Translations under genes and position numbers: made by a program
Notes under the pieces: generated by a model
Databases searched by the model: none
What the model saw: only the letters and a program-made list of their open reading frames with translations
Told to the model about the DNA's origin: nothing
Source: the human T2T-CHM13v2.0 reference genome, Homo sapiens
Assembly: GCF_009914755.1 (NCBI RefSeq)
Contig: NC_060927.1
Strand: one strand, 5' to 3'
Length of the DNA: 64,000 nt
Part shown: piece by piece, positions 59,802 to 64,000 of the stretch
Layout of the letters: each line of letters starts with the position of its first letter
How positions within the stretch are numbered: position 1 is the first letter of the stretch

Positions 59802-61050
59802 TTATCACCCCAGAAAGAAACGCCACACCCTTTAGCAGTCACCACATTCCCCAGGCTCCCCCAAATAACATGTATCTTTGAACCTTTCTCATGCCATTGT
59901 GATACCATCTACGGGTCTTTAGGCCATAGAACACACACCTTGTACATTTGGCTTCATTGGAACCTCACTCCCACAGAGCAGCTCAACTTTTCTTTACCAA
60001 AACATAGTCCCACAGGTCCTCCTAGGGTAAACTGCTCATCTCAGCAGTCAGGATAACTTCATCTCTGTCTTTCCTATTTTAAAAAAAAAAAAAAAAAAAA
60101 AGCATATCAGAATACAAATGAGTAAGATTCATGATATTTTAGAACTGACTTTTTAAAAGGTAAATTATTCTCAATATTTGGTACAGTTCCTTGGACCCAA
60201 TTACCCACCTTACAAGCGATTGGGTAATCCAGCGTATCATGATGCTGTGGTTAAGGACAGTTGATCTTAAGTGTGGCTGCTCCTATGCCCTTGGTGTGAG
60301 ATGAGTTCTCTGTAAAGGAAGATCACCTCAGTCAGGACACTTACCCCGCCTTCCAGATCAACCATGGAGCCCCAGCAATCACGGGGACTCAGGTGTCCCA
60401 GCCAGAGCTCCCTTATTGCTGCCAACATGCTGACTCAATAAAAATGCATTAAGCACTTTCTTTTAATTGACAAACAATAATTATATATATTTATAGGGAT
60501 AACACCAATTTTGTATGCAGTATTGTATTAATGGAGTGAGGCATACAGTACAAACAGGATATAGTCTGACCCTCAAAAATGTCTATCTAACTACATAATA
60601 TTAGTGAAAAAGGGATTGGTATATAAAAAGGGAAAAAGTAATTGTTCGGCTTTGAGGATTTCAAAGATCAATTCTATAACAGAGCCTGGAACCACTAGTG
60701 ACAATGATTACAAGAGACTGACCCCAAATCCAAGACCTCCTCTCCAACTTCCCTCTCCATCACTCACCTCTGGACACTTTAATAGAGCCATCACCTCTCT
60801 GAGGACAAAGAAAATTTCACTCAGTTCTACACGTCTTCCAGCATCTCATGCAGGCCCGCCATCATAGGTACCCTGGAAAAGTTACTAAATGAATAATGAG
60901 GACATGTATGTTTAAAGATGACATTCAGCAAGCTACTACTAAATGAATGACTTTTGATGATAATTACATTTTTTACAGTTAGTGGGGATGGGGTGAGAGA
61001 GACAGAGTGACACTAAAATAAATAAAACTCTTAATCCTTGTTCTCCTCAG

Positions 61051-61121
61051 AGTGGAGATGACTCCTCAGAAGAGGAAGAAGGGGAAGTAGATAGTGAAGT
61101 TGAATTTCCACGAAGACAGAG
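61051..61121 (+). CDS. MAP3K13: MAP3K13 exon 12 (acidic segment)
   Basis: ctcag|AGTGGAG...CAGAG|gtaaaa; SGDDSSEEEEGEVDSEVEFPRRQR; 71 nt; phase 0 start matches the end of exon 11. Confidence 0.93.
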
Positions 61122-61451
61122 GTAAAACCAACAAATGCACACGATTGCTTTTAGTGGAATGGGGAAAAAAAATCCTAAGTTTGCCACACCTGCTCTTCAA
61201 CCACAGGTGATTCCCTGGCAGCCACCTTATAGGGAACTTTGAACTCACTGTGTTCATGTTTTCCTGTTGCTACATTTTGGCAGTTGTTCGTGCACAGCAG
61301 ATCCTAGTTCATTAGCATTCATTTTACAGCAACTTCATGATGAGGAGCATGAATACAGATTCAAGGTTACAACTGAGAATACAGTGGGCAGTTTGTGACA
61401 GATGGCCATGCTGTTTTATGGGTAATTGTGTTGGTTTCTAGTGTGCCTCCC

Positions 61452-61812
61452 TGTGTTGGTCTGCTCAGGCTTCTGTAACAAACTGGATGCTTAAACAACA
61501 GAAATTGATTTCTCACAATTCTGGAGCTGGGGAAGTTCAAGATCAAGGTTCTAGCTGACTCAGTTCCTGATGAGGGCTCTCCTACTGGCTTGCAGACAGC
61601 CACCTTCTTGCTGTTTCCTCACATGGCAGAGAGAGCTCTTCCTTCTTTTAAAAGGTCACAGTCTTATTGGATTAGGGGTCCACTCTTATGAACTCATTTA
61701 ATATTAATTACCTCCTAAAGACCCTATCTAGAGGGTCTATCTAGATACAATTATATTGGAGTTTAGAGCTTCAACCGATGGATTTGGGAGGAAGGCAATT
61801 CAGTCCATAGCA
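61452..61812 (-). mobile_element. MLT1-type LTR
   Basis: TTAAACAACAGAAATTGATTTCTCACAATTCTGGAGCTGGG...AATTCAGTCCATAGCA. Confidence 0.78.
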
Positions 61813-62333
61813 TTCCCCATGCCTTAGATTTTATATCTCAAGTTAAATATGATTAGATAAGTTGAATCCACCTTCAACCCAGCCTTAGAAATAGCTTCTT
61901 GCTTAGATAGCGATAATAATATTCCTGCTAGGAGTCAATAAGGGCCATCTCCCCTTACTTCTAGAATAAAAGCTGCCTCTAATGTAGAGAATAAGATAGT
62001 TTTCCTACCAAGAGGTCTTTTTCTGCTAATGGACATTCTGTTCTTGAAGAGTAATGCTCTAAGAAGTCTCCCCAGGAAGGTTTGTGTACCTGCCTGGAAA
62101 CAGGAATTCCCTACAAACCAAAGGACTCCTGGCCCTTTGATAAGTTATATCCTGGATCCCTGCATTATACACAAAATTGAAATCTGTTCTCATTCCCTGC
62201 TATTCCTGGACTCTTTATGACCTCTTCTTATATATCCATGATCTGCCCCCCTGACCCCCAACCAACTCACCCCATCACCTGTCCTGGGCATCAGCCAGGC
62301 CTAGGTCATATGGCATAAAATCTCTTTGTACTA

Positions 62334-62641
<308 letters not shown>

Positions 62642-63391
62642 CTAAGAAATACAGAAAGATCAGACAATGGCAAAAGAAAAAGGAAGTCTTTATTATTTGT
62701 TTTCTTATGTTTTTTTAAGCCAGTGTAAGCTAGTAACATCCTTATTTACTAAGCTGCTTATAAACAACGGGAAGGAACTGAGGAACTTTTGCAAATTATC
62801 TCCCCAGAAGCGTTGGCTCATCAGAGCCAAACTCAGATGTTAACTGGAATGAGCTACTAACTAGCTGGGCAGTACCCACAGCTGCAGAGTGAATGTTCCT
62901 TCCATGCTCATTTCTGTTGAAGGTTGGTCAACAGAGGTAGTGAAAGCACTTGGGCCTCCAGGGCCACCATGCCCAGTGGACACTGGGCTCTGGGAAATGA
63001 AGCTGGGGTGGATTGACAGGGAGGTGAGGGATGGAGGTTAGAGAAGGACACTGATCAAAGTGTGTGTAGACCCAGCCCAAGCCTCAGCTCTGCCTTTTCT
63101 CATGGTGTGGCCTTAAACAAGTCACTTCCCTTCTCTGGCTCCAGTTTTCTCATCTGGGAAATGAGTTAGTCCAGAGATTCTCCAAAGTCTCTTTCACCTG
63201 TGAGAATCTATGACTCTCTAAATAAGAGGCATAATTTCAATTTGGACATTCCATACTATGCATATATGTACATAACGTGATTAGACAAGCTGATGTTTTT
63301 CAAAGGCCAGTCATAGCCATCAGCTTGGAGTGTAGTGTTTAGTCACATAAATATATAAACCAAATGAAAGGGGAAATTAAAATTTCCTTCT

Positions 63392-63793
63392 TGTGTTAGT
63401 CACCTTGGGCTGCCATAACAAAATACTACAGATTGGATGGCTTAAACAACAGGAACTTATTTCTCAAGTTCTGGAGCTGGGGAAGTCCAAGATCAAGGTG
63501 TCAGCAGATTCAGTTTCTGGTGAGGGCTCTCTTCCTGGCTTGCAGACAGCCACCTTCTCTGTTTCCTCACATGGTCTTTGCCCCGCACATGAATGTTGAA
63601 AAAAGGTGGGAGGGAGGAATGGAGAGAATCTCTTCCTCTTTTTATAAGGCTGCCAATCCTATTTGATCAGGACCTCACCCTTATGATCCATTTAACTTTA
63701 TTTACTTCCTAAAAGCCCTATCTCCGAATACAGTCGCACTGGTATTAGGGCCTCAACATGGAATTTCATGGGGGATAAAATTCAGTCCATTGC
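63392..63793 (-). mobile_element. MLT1-type LTR
   Basis: GGCTTAAACAACAGGAACTTATTTCTCAAGTTCTGGAGCTGGG...AATTCAGTCCAT. Confidence 0.78.
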
Positions 63794-64000
63794 CTTAATG
63801 TTAAAAGTTAAATAGTTTCTACCTATCTTGATTTCTTAGGCCTCCTTGATGGCAGGGAAAAAACTAGATTATCTCTACCACTACTATGAGTGACAGATAA
63901 GGAAAGAAAAGCAGTTGTTCCTCTGACTAAGTTCTCCTGGTTCTTCTTGGTTCTAGGCCCCATCGCTGTATCAGCAGCTGCCAGTCATATTCAACCTTTA

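Noticed and set aside
60081-60101. Isolated A21 tract as a retro-insertion remnant
   Set aside because: No element body or TSD; treated as a simple homopolymer.

Overview
Human (primate) genomic DNA, AT-rich and dense in repeats. The + strand carries the MAP3K13 (LZK, leucine-zipper-bearing MAP3K, DLK paralogue) gene from the intron upstream of the start-codon exon through 11 coding exons (conventional exons 2-12). They splice with canonical GT-AG sites into one continuous 2501-nt reading frame: N-terminal region, kinase domain, dual leucine zipper and most of the C-terminal tail. The promoter and the last exons lie outside the window. The introns hold a full-length RPL4 processed pseudogene on the - strand, a U13 snoRNA retrocopy, a 38-nt tailless 5S rRNA retropseudogene, a full-length Hsmar2 mariner fossil split by three Alus, about 45 Alu pieces, MaLR LTRs (THE1/MST/MLT1), MER1A/MER63/MER5, L1/L2/MIR fragments, and a ~2.4-kb TA-rich array that appears to have grown inside one Alu insertion's target-site duplication. 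I found no evidence for a wholly new biological system. The best leads are retrotransposition and repeat-expansion fossils plus candidate post-transcriptional controls of MAP3K13 (overlapping uORF, YCAY clusters, Alu-flanked in-frame exons). Repeat family names come from recalled consensus sequences, and old-repeat boundaries are approximate.
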